Origin: a virus
Lineage: Duplodnaviria > Caudoviricetes
Length of the DNA stretch: 64,000 bases
Virus record (IMG/VR): IMGVR_UViG_3300033069_001940
Location: 32,001 to 96,000 of that record
Direction: 5' to 3' (one strand)
Within the stretch, counting starts at the first letter, position 1; each line of letters begins with the position of its first letter. Made by a program: the position numbers and the translations under genes. A model generated the notes under the pieces. That model was not told where the DNA came from. It ran no database searches and saw nothing but the letters and a program-made list of their open reading frames with translations. Below, piece after piece: positions 20,051 to 30,176 of the stretch.

Positions 20051-20308
20051 ATGGAAGTAACTTTAGGAAATCTTATAGACCAGCTTTCGGTTGTTAATTT
20101 AAGAATCTGGCATGCCGAAGATAAAAAACGAGATAAGAGCGCTACTGATAAAGAGATAGCTGACGCCTGCCGTTTAACCAATATATGTAATAGCCAAAGA
20201 AATGATTTAATTGAAGAGATAGATAAAAAAATAAATCATATGGTTCAAACTGGTGAACTTCAAAAACTTTATGGACAGGGCTCAACAAAGATGTATGGTG
20301 GAAAATGA
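20051..20308 (+). CDS. Small helical protein (DUF4254-like, common in glycan clusters)
   Basis: [21 protein letters not shown]...[12 protein letters not shown]. Confidence 0.55.
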   Translation: MEVTLGNLIDQLSVVNLRIWHAEDKKRDKSATDKEIADACRLTNICNSQRNDLIEEIDKKINHMVQTGELQKLYGQGSTKMYGGK

Positions 20309-21309
20309 CTCAAACGGCAATAATTACTGGAATTACTGGACAGACTGGCTCATATCTTGCAGACGTTCTTTTGGAAAAAGGTTACAAAGTATATGGTTTA
20401 AAAAGAAGAGCTTCAACAATTAATACTGAGCGTATAGATCATTTATATGTTGATCCTCATAAAGAAAGTAATTTAGAATTGGTTTATGGTGATTTGGCCG
20501 ATTATTCATCTATTGTGAGTATAGTAGCTGATGTTAAGCCGGATATGTTTTTTAATATGGCCGCACAATCGCATGTTCGAGTTTCTTTTGATATTCCTGA
20601 ATATACAATGGATGTTACTGGCAATGGTGTAATGCGTTGTTTAGAAGCTATAAGAAAATATAGTCCAAATACAAGATTTTTACAAGCCTCGTCTTCGGAA
20701 TTATTTGGCAGTTCGCCCCCACCACAAAATGAACAAACTAGATTTCAACCAAGGTCTCCGTATGCTGTAGCTAAAGCGGCCGGATATTATGCTGCTGTGA
20801 ATTATCGAGAGGCATATAATTTATTTGCTTGTAATACAATATGTTTCAATCATGAATCTCCACGTCGCGCTGAAACATTTGTTACAAGAAAAATAACAAA
20901 AGCGGCCTCCAGAATAAAATTAGGTTTACAAGACTTTTTATGGCTTGGTAATTTAGAATCTAAAAGAGATTGGGGTCATGCTAAAGATTACGCTAAGGCT
21001 ATGTATTTAGTTATTAATTCCGACCATCCAGATGATTATGTTGTTTCAACTGGTCAAATGCATTCTGTTAAAGAATTTGTTCAAATAGTTTTTGATAAAC
21101 TAGATTTAGATTGGACTAAATATGTTAAATTTGATCCAAAATATTTAAGACCATCTGAGGTAGATGCGTTGTTGGGTGATTCTTCTAAATTAAGAAATAC
21201 ATTAGGTTGGAAACCAGAGTATGATTTTAATATGCTTGTTGATGAAATGATTGAAAGAGATATGCAAGATGCTAAAAAAGAACAGTATATATTAAATTCA
21301 AAATTATAG
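20305..21309 (+). CDS. gmd: GDP-mannose 4,6-dehydratase
   Basis: [71 protein letters not shown]. Confidence 0.96.
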   Translation: MTQTAIITGITGQTGSYLADVLLEKGYKVYGLKRRASTINTERIDHLYVDPHKESNLELVYGDLADYSSIVSIVADVKPDMFFNMAAQSHVRVSFDIPEYTMDVTGNGVMRCLEAIRKYSPNTRFLQASSSELFGSSPPPQNEQTRFQPRSPYAVAKAAGYYAAVNYREAYNLFACNTICFNHESPRRAETFVTRKITKAASRIKLGLQDFLWLGNLESKRDWGHAKDYAKAMYLVINSDHPDDYVVSTGQMHSVKEFVQIVFDKLDLDWTKYVKFDPKYLRPSEVDALLGDSSKLRNTLGWKPEYDFNMLVDEMIERDMQDAKKEQYILNSKL

Positions 21310-21366
21310 CTGATAACTGTCGAGTAGCTTCATTTTAAATTTCATCTCCTGTGTTGGAGAATAAAA

Positions 21367-22299
21367 ATGAGCATTAAGGTATTAGTGACCGGCGCCGCTG
21401 GAATGATAGGGTCGCATTTATCAGATAAATTAATCGATCTAGGTTTCGAGGTTATCGGATTGGATAATCTTTCGACCGGCAAAATAGAAAATTTAAATAA
21501 AAAAATGATTCTTGATAATCATTTTTATCAAGATAGTATTACTAATAAATATCTTGTTAAAGAGTTATTTGAAAAATACAAATTTAATTATGTATTTCAT
21601 TGTGCCGCTGAAATTGATTTAAGAAAAAGTTTTAAAGATCCGATTGGAAGCGCAGAGACTAATATTTTAGGTTCATTAAATTTGATTGAGCAATCTGTAA
21701 AACATCAATCTAAATTTATTTTTTCTTCTACTGGTGGCGCAATATATACATCATCTGATGAATTGCGTCTTCCATTTACAGAATGGAGAGATGCTTTACC
21801 ATCAAGTCCATATGGGTTAACTAAGTTAACAATAGAAAATTATTTAAAGATTTTTCATGAACATGATAATTTATCTTATGTAGCATTAAGATATTCTAAT
21901 GTTTATGGAACAAGACAAGCATTCGGAGAATGTGGTGTTTTGTCTATATTTATTAATAAACTTCTCAAATCTGAAAGTATTAATGTTTTTGGTGATGGTA
22001 ATCAAATAAGAGACTACATATATGTTAGTGACGTAGTGGATGCCAACATTAAAGCTATGAATTTATCTGGTGTTTATAATGTTGGAACAGGAGAAGGGAC
22101 TTCAGTTAATACAATTATTTTACATTTGAATAAATATTTTGGAATGATTGATGTTAATTATTTAGATGCTATTCCTGGAGAAATGAGATATAGTGTTTTA
22201 AATTGTGATAAATTAAAACGTCAAGGATGGTCTCCGTCTTTTAACCTAGACCAAGGTATAGCACAAGTTCTATCAAAAAGTGAGAAGTTAAATGTCTAA
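21367..22299 (+). CDS. NAD-dependent NDP-sugar epimerase (GalE/UDP-Glc(NAc) 4-epimerase-like)
   Basis: TGAAGMIGSHL, DNLSTG, SSTGGAIY, SPYGLTK, LRYSNVYG, GDGNQIRDYIYV. Confidence 0.85.
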   Translation: MSIKVLVTGAAGMIGSHLSDKLIDLGFEVIGLDNLSTGKIENLNKKMILDNHFYQDSITNKYLVKELFEKYKFNYVFHCAAEIDLRKSFKDPIGSAETNILGSLNLIEQSVKHQSKFIFSSTGGAIYTSSDELRLPFTEWRDALPSSPYGLTKLTIENYLKIFHEHDNLSYVALRYSNVYGTRQAFGECGVLSIFINKLLKSESINVFGDGNQIRDYIYVSDVVDANIKAMNLSGVYNVGTGEGTSVNTIILHLNKYFGMIDVNYLDAIPGEMRYSVLNCDKLKRQGWSPSFNLDQGIAQVLSKSEKLNV

Positions 22300-23185
22300 A
22301 AAAATATTATGTGTTGGAAGTTGCGGATTCATTCTTTCTAATTTTGTTAGAAAAGTAATTAAAGATAAATTAGATTATCAAGTTTGTAGTATAGATAAAA
22401 TATCTTCATCAAAAGATATTCATAATGTCTATAGTAATAGAAATCATAATTTCTATATTGGAAATACATTAGATAAACATTTTCTTAAAACTGTTTTTGA
22501 AATTGAAAAGCCTGATATTGTTATTCAAGGCTCTTTAACTAACCAAGAAGAATTCCTTCTTTCCAATGTAATCGGAACTGATAATTTGTGTCAAGTTTGT
22601 GAGGAATATGGCTCTAAATTATATTTATTAAGTTCAGATATAGTTTATGGCGTTTCTGAAGATGAGGAGCTAAGCCATAAAGAAACGGACTCTTGTGTTA
22701 TTTATAGTAAATATATGACATCACTAATTTCATCAGAGGATTTAGTGCAACATAGTGGGGGAACAGTTTTAAGACTATCGAATGCTTATGGTCCAAGATC
22801 CAAAAAACAAATCATCACTGATCTTATTCGTTTTCATTTAAAAAATGAAACTCCATATATTTGGAATGTTGGCTATGATTTTACTCATGTAGAAGACGTA
22901 ATATCTGCAATCCTTGTGATTATAGAATCAGGAAAAGAAAAAATATATAACGTATCATCTTCTCATCAATTTTCTGAGAAAGAAGTGTATAATGAAATTG
23001 CTAAATTAATTGAGTTAAAAGACCCAATAATAAATCAGAATACAAATTCGGTATCTACTCTTTTTAGAAGTAGCGATAATTCAAAACTAAGAGCTTTGGG
23101 CTGGAAGACTCAGCATACGTTGCAAGGTTGGTTGCCGTCGGTTGTTCAGTGGTATCTTAATAATCAATGGTTTTTAAAAGAATGA
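22292..23185 (+). CDS. RmlB-like (dTDP-glucose 4,6-dehydratase-like) SDR with degenerate catalytic motifs
   Basis: VGSCGFILSNFV, SNVIGT, SSDIVYG, RLSNAYGP, VQWYLNNQ; YxxxK is replaced by YMTSL. Confidence 0.6.
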   Translation: MSKKILCVGSCGFILSNFVRKVIKDKLDYQVCSIDKISSSKDIHNVYSNRNHNFYIGNTLDKHFLKTVFEIEKPDIVIQGSLTNQEEFLLSNVIGTDNLCQVCEEYGSKLYLLSSDIVYGVSEDEELSHKETDSCVIYSKYMTSLISSEDLVQHSGGTVLRLSNAYGPRSKKQIITDLIRFHLKNETPYIWNVGYDFTHVEDVISAILVIIESGKEKIYNVSSSHQFSEKEVYNEIAKLIELKDPIINQNTNSVSTLFRSSDNSKLRALGWKTQHTLQGWLPSVVQWYLNNQWFLKE

Positions 23186-24357
23186 AAGACTTAACTATTA
23201 TCTCTAATGTTATGATGAGCGACGGAATTGGCCGTCAAGGAATTGGTATGTTAAAATGTGTACATCAAGATCTTGATGTTAACATATTTCCTATCGGCTC
23301 ACCTAATTATAAAGATGTCCCGCCAGAATTATTAAATACTGTATCAAAGCCATTTGATGGTTTTGGTAAGGTGGCTTTTTGGACCTATATTTTAGGTTTA
23401 AATGAACAAATGATTTCTGTTCATGCTAGGCTTAATTCAAATATTAAAATTGCTTATACTATGTTTGAATCAGATGCAATTCCTAATCTGTGGGTAAAAA
23501 TTTTAAATACTTATTATGACTTAGCAGTTGTACCAGACCCTTGGCTAGTTAAAGTATATAAAAAATGCGGAGTTAATATTCCTATTTTTGTAGTACCATT
23601 AGGCATTTTAATAGAAGATTTATTAGAATACCCATTAAAATCAAAACCAAATGATATTTTTACATTTGGGATGTCTGCCGGTTTCTGGCAAAGAAAAAAT
23701 CATATTAAGTTATTAAATGCTTTTGCTCAAGAATTTGGCAATAATGATAAATTTAGACTCAAGCTTCATGGTAGATTTGGGCCTTATAAAAATAATGTCC
23801 AAAAGGAAGTGGTTGGCCTGCATCTAAAAAATGTAGAGTTAATAGATGTTCCATTATCTAATCAACAATATAATGATTTTTTAAAAAGCTTGGACTGCTA
23901 TGTTTTCCCCTCACAAGGCGAGGGCTTCTCAGTGACTCCACGAGAAGCTATAGCTTTAGGTCTGCCTTGCATTCTTACTAATAATACAGTTCACAAAACG
24001 ATTTGTGATTCCGGGTTTGTGTTACCGATTGAGGCTAATCAAAAACAACCAGCTATATATGAAGTTTTTAATAATTCACAACTTGGACATTTCTATGATT
24101 GTTCTGTAGAAGATCTTCGCAAGGCTATGGTTGAAGTTTACAATAATTACGAAAAATATATTAAAAATTCAACAGAAGGTCGAGAGTGGGTAAAACAATA
24201 TTTATGGAGTAATCTTAAGCCCATTTATCTTAATCTCTTTAAACCAAAAGAGATCATTTTGGGAAATGAAAATTTAGTAACAGATTCTGTACTACAAACA
24301 AATAACAAAAAATTGTATAAGAAATATAATGATAGTAACTTGGTCAATCATAAATAA
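23182..24357 (+). CDS. Glycosyltransferase, GT4-like
   Basis: YTMFESD, RKN, DCYVFPSQGEGFSVTPREAIALGLP. Start placed at the ATGA overlap. Confidence 0.88.
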   Translation: MKDLTIISNVMMSDGIGRQGIGMLKCVHQDLDVNIFPIGSPNYKDVPPELLNTVSKPFDGFGKVAFWTYILGLNEQMISVHARLNSNIKIAYTMFESDAIPNLWVKILNTYYDLAVVPDPWLVKVYKKCGVNIPIFVVPLGILIEDLLEYPLKSKPNDIFTFGMSAGFWQRKNHIKLLNAFAQEFGNNDKFRLKLHGRFGPYKNNVQKEVVGLHLKNVELIDVPLSNQQYNDFLKSLDCYVFPSQGEGFSVTPREAIALGLPCILTNNTVHKTICDSGFVLPIEANQKQPAIYEVFNNSQLGHFYDCSVEDLRKAMVEVYNNYEKYIKNSTEGREWVKQYLWSNLKPIYLNLFKPKEIILGNENLVTDSVLQTNNKKLYKKYNDSNLVNHK

Positions 24358-25111
24358 TGAAGAAGATTATCTAAAAGATGTTATAGAACATCATCTACCC
24401 TGGGTAGATGCTATGTATTTTTTAGACACTGGCTCAACTGATTCTAGTTTAGATATTTTAAAACAATATAAATCAGATAAATTATATTTTGAAGAATATC
24501 ATACCAAATATATTCCTCAATATGAACTACCTTGGGAGAAAATGGTTAATCCTTTTCCAGAGGTAGAAGTAAGAAATTTTGCCATCAAAAGATGCCAGGA
24601 GATATTTAAACCAGATTGGTTAATTCAATTGGATGGAGATGAAATATTTTTACCATCACTCAAGTCTGTAATAGAAAAATCTGGTAAAGGAATATCTATA
24701 ACGCATAGTACAATCAATCCTGTTTGCGAATTAAAACATCATAATCCAGAGCGTCGAGGAGGCTATGTTTTATATGATCCTCATGCCAGAATCTGGAAAT
24801 CTGGGCATAAAATTGAATATATTAATAATCCTAATATAAAAACAGGCCAATTTCATTGCATTCCGGTTTTTAGACCTGATGTTGGACATAGAGGTCATAT
24901 ATTTAATCATCCATTAAATCTAGTAACAAATTTACCAATTCATTTTCATTTACACTGGATGTATGGTAAAAAATTACAAATGTTTTATGCTAAGCAGGGA
25001 ATAACAGAACGCAAAGAAATTGTTAAAGGGCAACCTATTAATACTTTTAGTAATATGGTTCCTCAGGTTTTTTGGGATAAAAGAGAGCAATGGATTCAGG
25101 AAATTAAATGA
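24329..25111 (+). CDS. Glycosyltransferase, GT2-like
   Basis: NNEEDYL, LDTGSTD, RNFAI, WLIQLDGDE. Confidence 0.82.
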   Translation: MIVTWSIINNEEDYLKDVIEHHLPWVDAMYFLDTGSTDSSLDILKQYKSDKLYFEEYHTKYIPQYELPWEKMVNPFPEVEVRNFAIKRCQEIFKPDWLIQLDGDEIFLPSLKSVIEKSGKGISITHSTINPVCELKHHNPERRGGYVLYDPHARIWKSGHKIEYINNPNIKTGQFHCIPVFRPDVGHRGHIFNHPLNLVTNLPIHFHLHWMYGKKLQMFYAKQGITERKEIVKGQPINTFSNMVPQVFWDKREQWIQEIK

Positions 25112-26436
25112 TTAAAACAGAAATTATAACTCAAGAAAATAAAATTATAGATGATGTTTCAGATGTAAATCAAGAAACTTTACAACAATTAAAAGAAAAA
25201 TTAGCTAAAAAGAAAGAAAAAGATATGACAATAAATATCGTAGCTCCAGTTAAAAGAAGTATTAAATTTGGCGTTGTTGGAAGCGGGCAAGCAGGCACAA
25301 GATTGGCTGAACAATATTTTTCTTTAGGCTATCCCGCTGTAGCTTTTAATACAGCGCCACAAGATTTAGAACACATAAGAATGCCAGATGAAAACAAATA
25401 CCTCTTAGAATACTCTCTAGGCGGCGCGGCTAAGGATTTAGAGATTGGCCGAGAGGCGGCCGAGCAGCATAAAGAGGCAATCTATTCTTTGGTTGCTGAA
25501 AAGTTAGAAGAGGCTCAAGTTTTTATTCTTTGTACTAGTTTGGGAGGAGGTTCCGGTGCCGGTTCTTTGCCGGTTATGGTTGACGTGCTAGCAGCTTTAG
25601 GCAAACCCATTGTGGTAATGGCAATTTTACCGATGTCTTCTGAAGATGCTCAAACTAAAAAGAATGCTCTTGAAACCTTAAGCTCCTTATCAAAAGAAGC
25701 TCAGGCTAAAAGAATTCATAATTTAGTAGTTGTTGATAATGCTAAGATTGAAACAATTTATAGTGACGTTAGTCCTATGGAATTTTTCAATGTTTCTAAT
25801 AAAGCAATTATCTCACCAATCAATGCTTTTAATGAATTATCATCATTGCCATCTTCTATGAAGCCTTTAGACCCTATGGAATTTACCAAACTTTTAATTG
25901 ATGGTTCTGGTTGTTCTGTTTATGGCGAAGTTATAGTTTCTGATTTTCAAGATGAAACAGCTATTTCAGAGGCTATTATTAATGTTAATTCGGGATTGTT
26001 AGCTAGCGGTTTTGATATTAAACAAGCCAAATATGTTGGTGTTATTATTGAGGCTAATAAATCAGTATGGGATAAAATTCCTAGCTCTAGTTTGAATTAT
26101 GCCAACTCTTTGATTTTGGAGCTTTGCGATGTGCCGACAGGTATTTTTAGGGGAACGTACGCTACAGATCTTAAAGATAATGTAGTTAAAGTCTACTCTA
26201 TGTTTTCTGGTTTAGGATTACCAGAAAGCCGCGTCTCTCAATTAAAAAAAGAAACTCAAGAGTTTGCGTCTAAAGTAAAAACAAAGGATGCAGAAAGAAC
26301 AGTTAATCTTAAATTAGATACTGGAACAGACGATACGGTTTCAGCAGCCGATAAAGTTAGACAAAAAATAGCAGCTAAGAAATCTGCTTTCGGCAGTATG
26401 ATTGGAAGTATTGCTCAAGATAAACGTAAAAAATAA
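25108..26436 (+). CDS. Tubulin/FtsZ-superfamily GTPase (PhuZ/TubZ/CetZ-like)
   Basis: GVVGSGQAG, FNTAPQDL, GGAAKD, SLGGGSGAG (tubulin signature), ILP..ED, VVDN, LDPMEF. Confidence 0.88.
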   Translation: MIKTEIITQENKIIDDVSDVNQETLQQLKEKLAKKKEKDMTINIVAPVKRSIKFGVVGSGQAGTRLAEQYFSLGYPAVAFNTAPQDLEHIRMPDENKYLLEYSLGGAAKDLEIGREAAEQHKEAIYSLVAEKLEEAQVFILCTSLGGGSGAGSLPVMVDVLAALGKPIVVMAILPMSSEDAQTKKNALETLSSLSKEAQAKRIHNLVVVDNAKIETIYSDVSPMEFFNVSNKAIISPINAFNELSSLPSSMKPLDPMEFTKLLIDGSGCSVYGEVIVSDFQDETAISEAIINVNSGLLASGFDIKQAKYVGVIIEANKSVWDKIPSSSLNYANSLILELCDVPTGIFRGTYATDLKDNVVKVYSMFSGLGLPESRVSQLKKETQEFASKVKTKDAERTVNLKLDTGTDDTVSAADKVRQKIAAKKSAFGSMIGSIAQDKRKK

Positions 26437-26459
26437 TTTAAAATCATAGATTGATTTAT

Positions 26460-26493
26460 AAATATGCCGTAGTAAACTACGGCATATTTTTTT
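26460..26493 (+). terminator. Intrinsic terminator after the structural/glycan/tubulin unit
   Basis: AATATGCCGTAG-TAAA-CTACGGCATATT followed by a T tract. Confidence 0.75.
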
Positions 26494-26501
26494 ATTTTCA
26501 T

Positions 26502-27635
26502 ATGGACATTTTAGTTTTATCAAAAAAATTTTTAAAATTAGCTGAAGAAATAATTGATTATAATTTGATTAGATTATCTCAAGTAATGTCAATTTTGCTT
26601 GGCAAAAACATTTCTAAAAATAATATAAAAGAATGGATCTCTATCAATAATTTATCTTTTAAAGATTATTTTTATATCAATAATGATAAATATATTTATT
26701 ATTATCCTCCAGGTTATTCTGTATTTTCTGGAACAAATCGGCCTATGGTTGTTGTTACAAATAAATACGAAAATTTGCCGAATAATTTAGATGCCACATT
26801 TGAAAAATTATTATTACCTTGTGGTTTAATTCCAAAATTATTTTTGGTTGCTGGAAATACTTTCAAAGTATCAAAAGACCCTAAAATTTTTTCAGAAAAT
26901 AATTTTATTATAAAATCTATAAGGGCATTAACGAAATTTTCAGATGAAGAAATATTAAAGTTATTGACGGATAATAAAGAAAAAATAGATTCTATTAGAA
27001 GGTTGATTCAAATGCAACCAGAATATCTTGGCGGTGGAGTAGATGGCGAAGCATACAAAATCAATAATTCTATGGTTTTAAAAATATTTGTTAATAATTT
27101 TGCTTATATAAAAGCGAAAGAATCGCAGGATCTGTTATTTAAAAATCCAAATCTGGCAGGCACAGAGGCTATGATTTATGATGTTGGAGAATTTAAAAAT
27201 GATATTTACCCAATCTATTATTACATTATAGAGCTATTTAAAATACCTAAAGATCGAGATAATTTAGATTATGTTATTAGAAATATTGAATCAACAATTT
27301 CATTTATTGAATGGAGATCTAAATTTGAAATTAAAAAAATAAGACTAGAATATTATAATAAAGAAATTACAGAATCAGATTTTAAAAATAAATTAAAATT
27401 ATTTACTGAATTAGTTTATAGGCAATTAATGCAGTCAAATCCTTTTATATCCAGAATGAAAATTATGCAAAAAGAAGAAGGCTTGTCTAAAGATTGGTTA
27501 AAAAGAATAATAAAAGAAGTTATTTTTAAAAAAATTACTGAAAGAAATGATTTACATTCTGGTAATTTAGGTGTTAATCAACGCGGTCATTTAAGATATT
27601 TTGATCCAGCTTTTAAAACATTAAATGTGCTTTAG
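26502..27635 (+). CDS. Protein kinase-like protein 1 (T7 Gp0.7-like motifs)
   Basis: [28 protein letters not shown]. Start moved to the ATG downstream of the terminator. Confidence 0.75.
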   Translation: MDILVLSKKFLKLAEEIIDYNLIRLSQVMSILLGKNISKNNIKEWISINNLSFKDYFYINNDKYIYYYPPGYSVFSGTNRPMVVVTNKYENLPNNLDATFEKLLLPCGLIPKLFLVAGNTFKVSKDPKIFSENNFIIKSIRALTKFSDEEILKLLTDNKEKIDSIRRLIQMQPEYLGGGVDGEAYKINNSMVLKIFVNNFAYIKAKESQDLLFKNPNLAGTEAMIYDVGEFKNDIYPIYYYIIELFKIPKDRDNLDYVIRNIESTISFIEWRSKFEIKKIRLEYYNKEITESDFKNKLKLFTELVYRQLMQSNPFISRMKIMQKEEGLSKDWLKRIIKEVIFKKITERNDLHSGNLGVNQRGHLRYFDPAFKTLNVL

Positions 27636-27655
27636 GCATATTTTTCTATGTAAAC

Positions 27656-28759
27656 ATGTATAATTTCTCGTTAAATTTATCAAAAAATTTTTTAAAATTA
27701 GCGGAAGAACTTCATTTATACGAAGTAATTCGTTTAAAAAAAGTTTTATCAAGATTTCTTGCAAAAAATCTTTTAGATGAAGATGTTAAAGAATGGTATA
27801 AAATTAACAATTTAGATATTATTTTGAATTATTATAATAATGATATTGATGCAATTTTTGTATTAACAAATAATAATAAAAACGCATTAATTACTTGGCC
27901 AAATCATAAATTAAACATTGATGCCGCTTTTGAAAAATTATTATTGCCACATAAAAATATTCCAAAATTATTATTTGCTATTGGGGAAGTAGTTGAACAA
28001 AATATTCCAAAGAATGTTGCTGAAAATGAATTTATGTATGTAGCTTTAAAACAACTTTTACGTATGACTCCAGAAGATTGTTCAATAATTTTAAATAAAA
28101 ACAAAGAAAAAATAAATTCAATTAGATCATTTTTTCAATTTAAACCAAAATATTTAGGCGCCGGCATCGATGGCGTAGCATTTAAAATTAATGATTCTAT
28201 GGTATTAAAAATATTTAAAAGCGAATTTGCTTATGAAAAAATACAAAATTCTCAACAGTTATTATTTGAAAATAAAGACTTGGCAGAAACAGAGATTATG
28301 ACTTATGATTACGGAGAATTAAATCTATTTTATGATAAAAAGATATATTATTGTATAAATCAATTAGTTAAAACTTTTCCATATAGTTCGCATAGTGATG
28401 ATTTAATTAAAGACGTAGTAAGTCAAATTAAAGAATATATTAATATCAATTTATATAATAAATTAATAGAATTATATAATAAATATAATTTAAAATTAAT
28501 AAAAGATTTAGAATTAAAAGAACAAATAATCTTATTATCTAATAATGTATATAATAATTTAAAAAGCTATATTAATAAAAGCGTTCTTGAGTTAGAATTA
28601 ATGTATGATTTACAAAATGATTGGGTTTTGAAGTTAATTCAAGAAATTCTATTTAAATTAATCTCAGGCAGAAGGGATTTGCACAGTGGTAATTTAGGTA
28701 TTAATAATCAGGGATATTTTAGATATTTTGATCCCGCATATACATTTTGGGCGCCATGA
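27656..28759 (+). CDS. Protein kinase-like protein 2 (paralog)
   Basis: [28 protein letters not shown]. Confidence 0.75.
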   Translation: MYNFSLNLSKNFLKLAEELHLYEVIRLKKVLSRFLAKNLLDEDVKEWYKINNLDIILNYYNNDIDAIFVLTNNNKNALITWPNHKLNIDAAFEKLLLPHKNIPKLLFAIGEVVEQNIPKNVAENEFMYVALKQLLRMTPEDCSIILNKNKEKINSIRSFFQFKPKYLGAGIDGVAFKINDSMVLKIFKSEFAYEKIQNSQQLLFENKDLAETEIMTYDYGELNLFYDKKIYYCINQLVKTFPYSSHSDDLIKDVVSQIKEYININLYNKLIELYNKYNLKLIKDLELKEQIILLSNNVYNNLKSYINKSVLELELMYDLQNDWVLKLIQEILFKLISGRRDLHSGNLGINNQGYFRYFDPAYTFWAP

Positions 28760-28875
28760 ACAATTCAATAATTAAACCTCATATTTATCCTTTGGTGAGA
28801 GGGCGTTCACACATGGGTAATATTGGATATAGTAATATGAGCTATTTTAATTATTTTGACTCGTCTGGGATATAA
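28756..28875 (+). CDS. 39-aa mini-ORF resembling the kinase catalytic-loop segment (remnant or peptide)
   Basis: [39 protein letters not shown]; ATGA overlap with kinase 2 and ends 2 nt before kinase 3. Confidence 0.5.
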   Translation: MNNSIIKPHIYPLVRGRSHMGNIGYSNMSYFNYFDSSGI

Positions 28876-28877
28876 AT

Positions 28878-30173
28878 ATGAATTTAATAAATATATCTAA
28901 AATTTTTTTAAAATTAGCTTATCAATTAAAAGAAGCTAATAAATTTACATCTTTACCTTTAAAATTTATTAAATATTTTAAAGATTTTATTAATCCAGAT
29001 CTTAGTATGGAAGATGTATTGATTTGGTATCAAAAAAATGAAAATGTTTTCAAAAAAATAGCATCTCGCGGAGATAGATTAACTAATCTATCTTGGAATA
29101 TTACTGATGATGAAGACGGTCAACCTCCGCACTTAGAGGCGGGTCTGGCGGAAATTGTAAGTTATTATTATAGATTACAAACTTATCAAGGGGTTCCTGA
29201 TTTTTTAAAAACAAGTAGTTCCTATTTTCTTAGTGGAACACAAAATATTCCTAATTTATATCTTTATAGGGTCAGTTACGTTGATAATGTTCATGAATAT
29301 AATTTAGATATTAGTCATAATTTCTTTTTGGCTCAATATTTATCCAATACTTTTAATCTTAATTTAGATAAAGAAGATGTTCAAGATTTAATAACAATTT
29401 TTCTCAAAGAGAACAGAGATAAAATTAATGATATTAAAAGATTAACAACTATGCATCCCAAGTTTCTCGGAAGAGGCTCCGATGGTACTGCTTTTCAAAT
29501 TTCTGAAGATTTAGTATTAAAACTATCTACTAAAAAATTTAGTCAACAAGAGGCGATTAAATCTATGAATAGGATATTTAGTGGCTCTGACCTAGCTGCC
29601 ACTGAGGCTATGATTTACGATGCCGGAATCTTCGGAGAATTTGAAGGAAATACTATTTATTATTATATCGTTGAAAAAATGAAACCGTTGACTGGAAGGA
29701 ATACAATTTTAACCCAGAAAACGAAATATTATTTCATGACAATTTTTAGAATGATTTTTACTTATGCAGATGAAATGAGAGAAGAATTAAGATATAGAAA
29801 AGAAAATATATCAGATTTAGAAACTCATAAAGAGGTAAAACAAGAGATTAAAAATAAAGCTAGCAGAATATTAAAATTAGTAAAAGATGAATATGAAGAT
29901 TTAAGAGAGGTCAAAGAGATAGAGGCTAACAATACGGGGATGGATATAAGACTTCCTCCATTTGAAGAAGCTTTGAATGAAATATCTCAAGTTTCCGGTT
30001 TACATGGTGATTGGTTTTTAGAATTAATTGAAGAAATATTAACAAAATATGTTACTAATAGAACAGATCTTCATGTTGGAAATTTAGGCGTAACTAGTTA
30101 TGGTAAATTAAGATATTTTGATCCATCTTATGAAGGTTGGGTTTCACGATTTCCAGCAAATGTTTTTTGGTGA
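28878..30173 (+). CDS. Protein kinase-like protein 3 (paralog)
   Basis: FLGRGSDGTAF, VLKLS, DLHVGNLG, YFDP. Confidence 0.75.
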   Translation: MNLINISKIFLKLAYQLKEANKFTSLPLKFIKYFKDFINPDLSMEDVLIWYQKNENVFKKIASRGDRLTNLSWNITDDEDGQPPHLEAGLAEIVSYYYRLQTYQGVPDFLKTSSSYFLSGTQNIPNLYLYRVSYVDNVHEYNLDISHNFFLAQYLSNTFNLNLDKEDVQDLITIFLKENRDKINDIKRLTTMHPKFLGRGSDGTAFQISEDLVLKLSTKKFSQQEAIKSMNRIFSGSDLAATEAMIYDAGIFGEFEGNTIYYYIVEKMKPLTGRNTILTQKTKYYFMTIFRMIFTYADEMREELRYRKENISDLETHKEVKQEIKNKASRILKLVKDEYEDLREVKEIEANNTGMDIRLPPFEEALNEISQVSGLHGDWFLELIEEILTKYVTNRTDLHVGNLGVTSYGKLRYFDPSYEGWVSRFPANVFW

Positions 30174-30176
30174 AAA

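Noticed and set aside
7590-25111. Bacterial O-antigen/capsule locus or eukaryotic giant-virus origin
   Set aside because: No export, polymerase or initiating transferase genes. The flanks are phage-like, with a sigma factor, DnaB/DnaC, Shine-Dalgarno sites and coupled operons.
25108-26436. Evidence for a nucleus-forming (chimallin) phage
   Set aside because: Tubulin alone is not diagnostic, and no chimallin or phage RNAP is recognisable in this window.
26451-26501. TTG start for kinase 1 given in the ORF track
   Set aside because: It runs through the terminator hairpin; the ATG at 26502 aligns with the paralogs' KLA leader.
28788-28810. CCTTTGGTGAGAGGGCGTTCAC resembles half of the IS right-end repeat
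   Set aside because: The left arm of the hairpin is missing, and the sequence is explained as coding for the kinase-like mini-ORF. A decayed third copy cannot be fully excluded.
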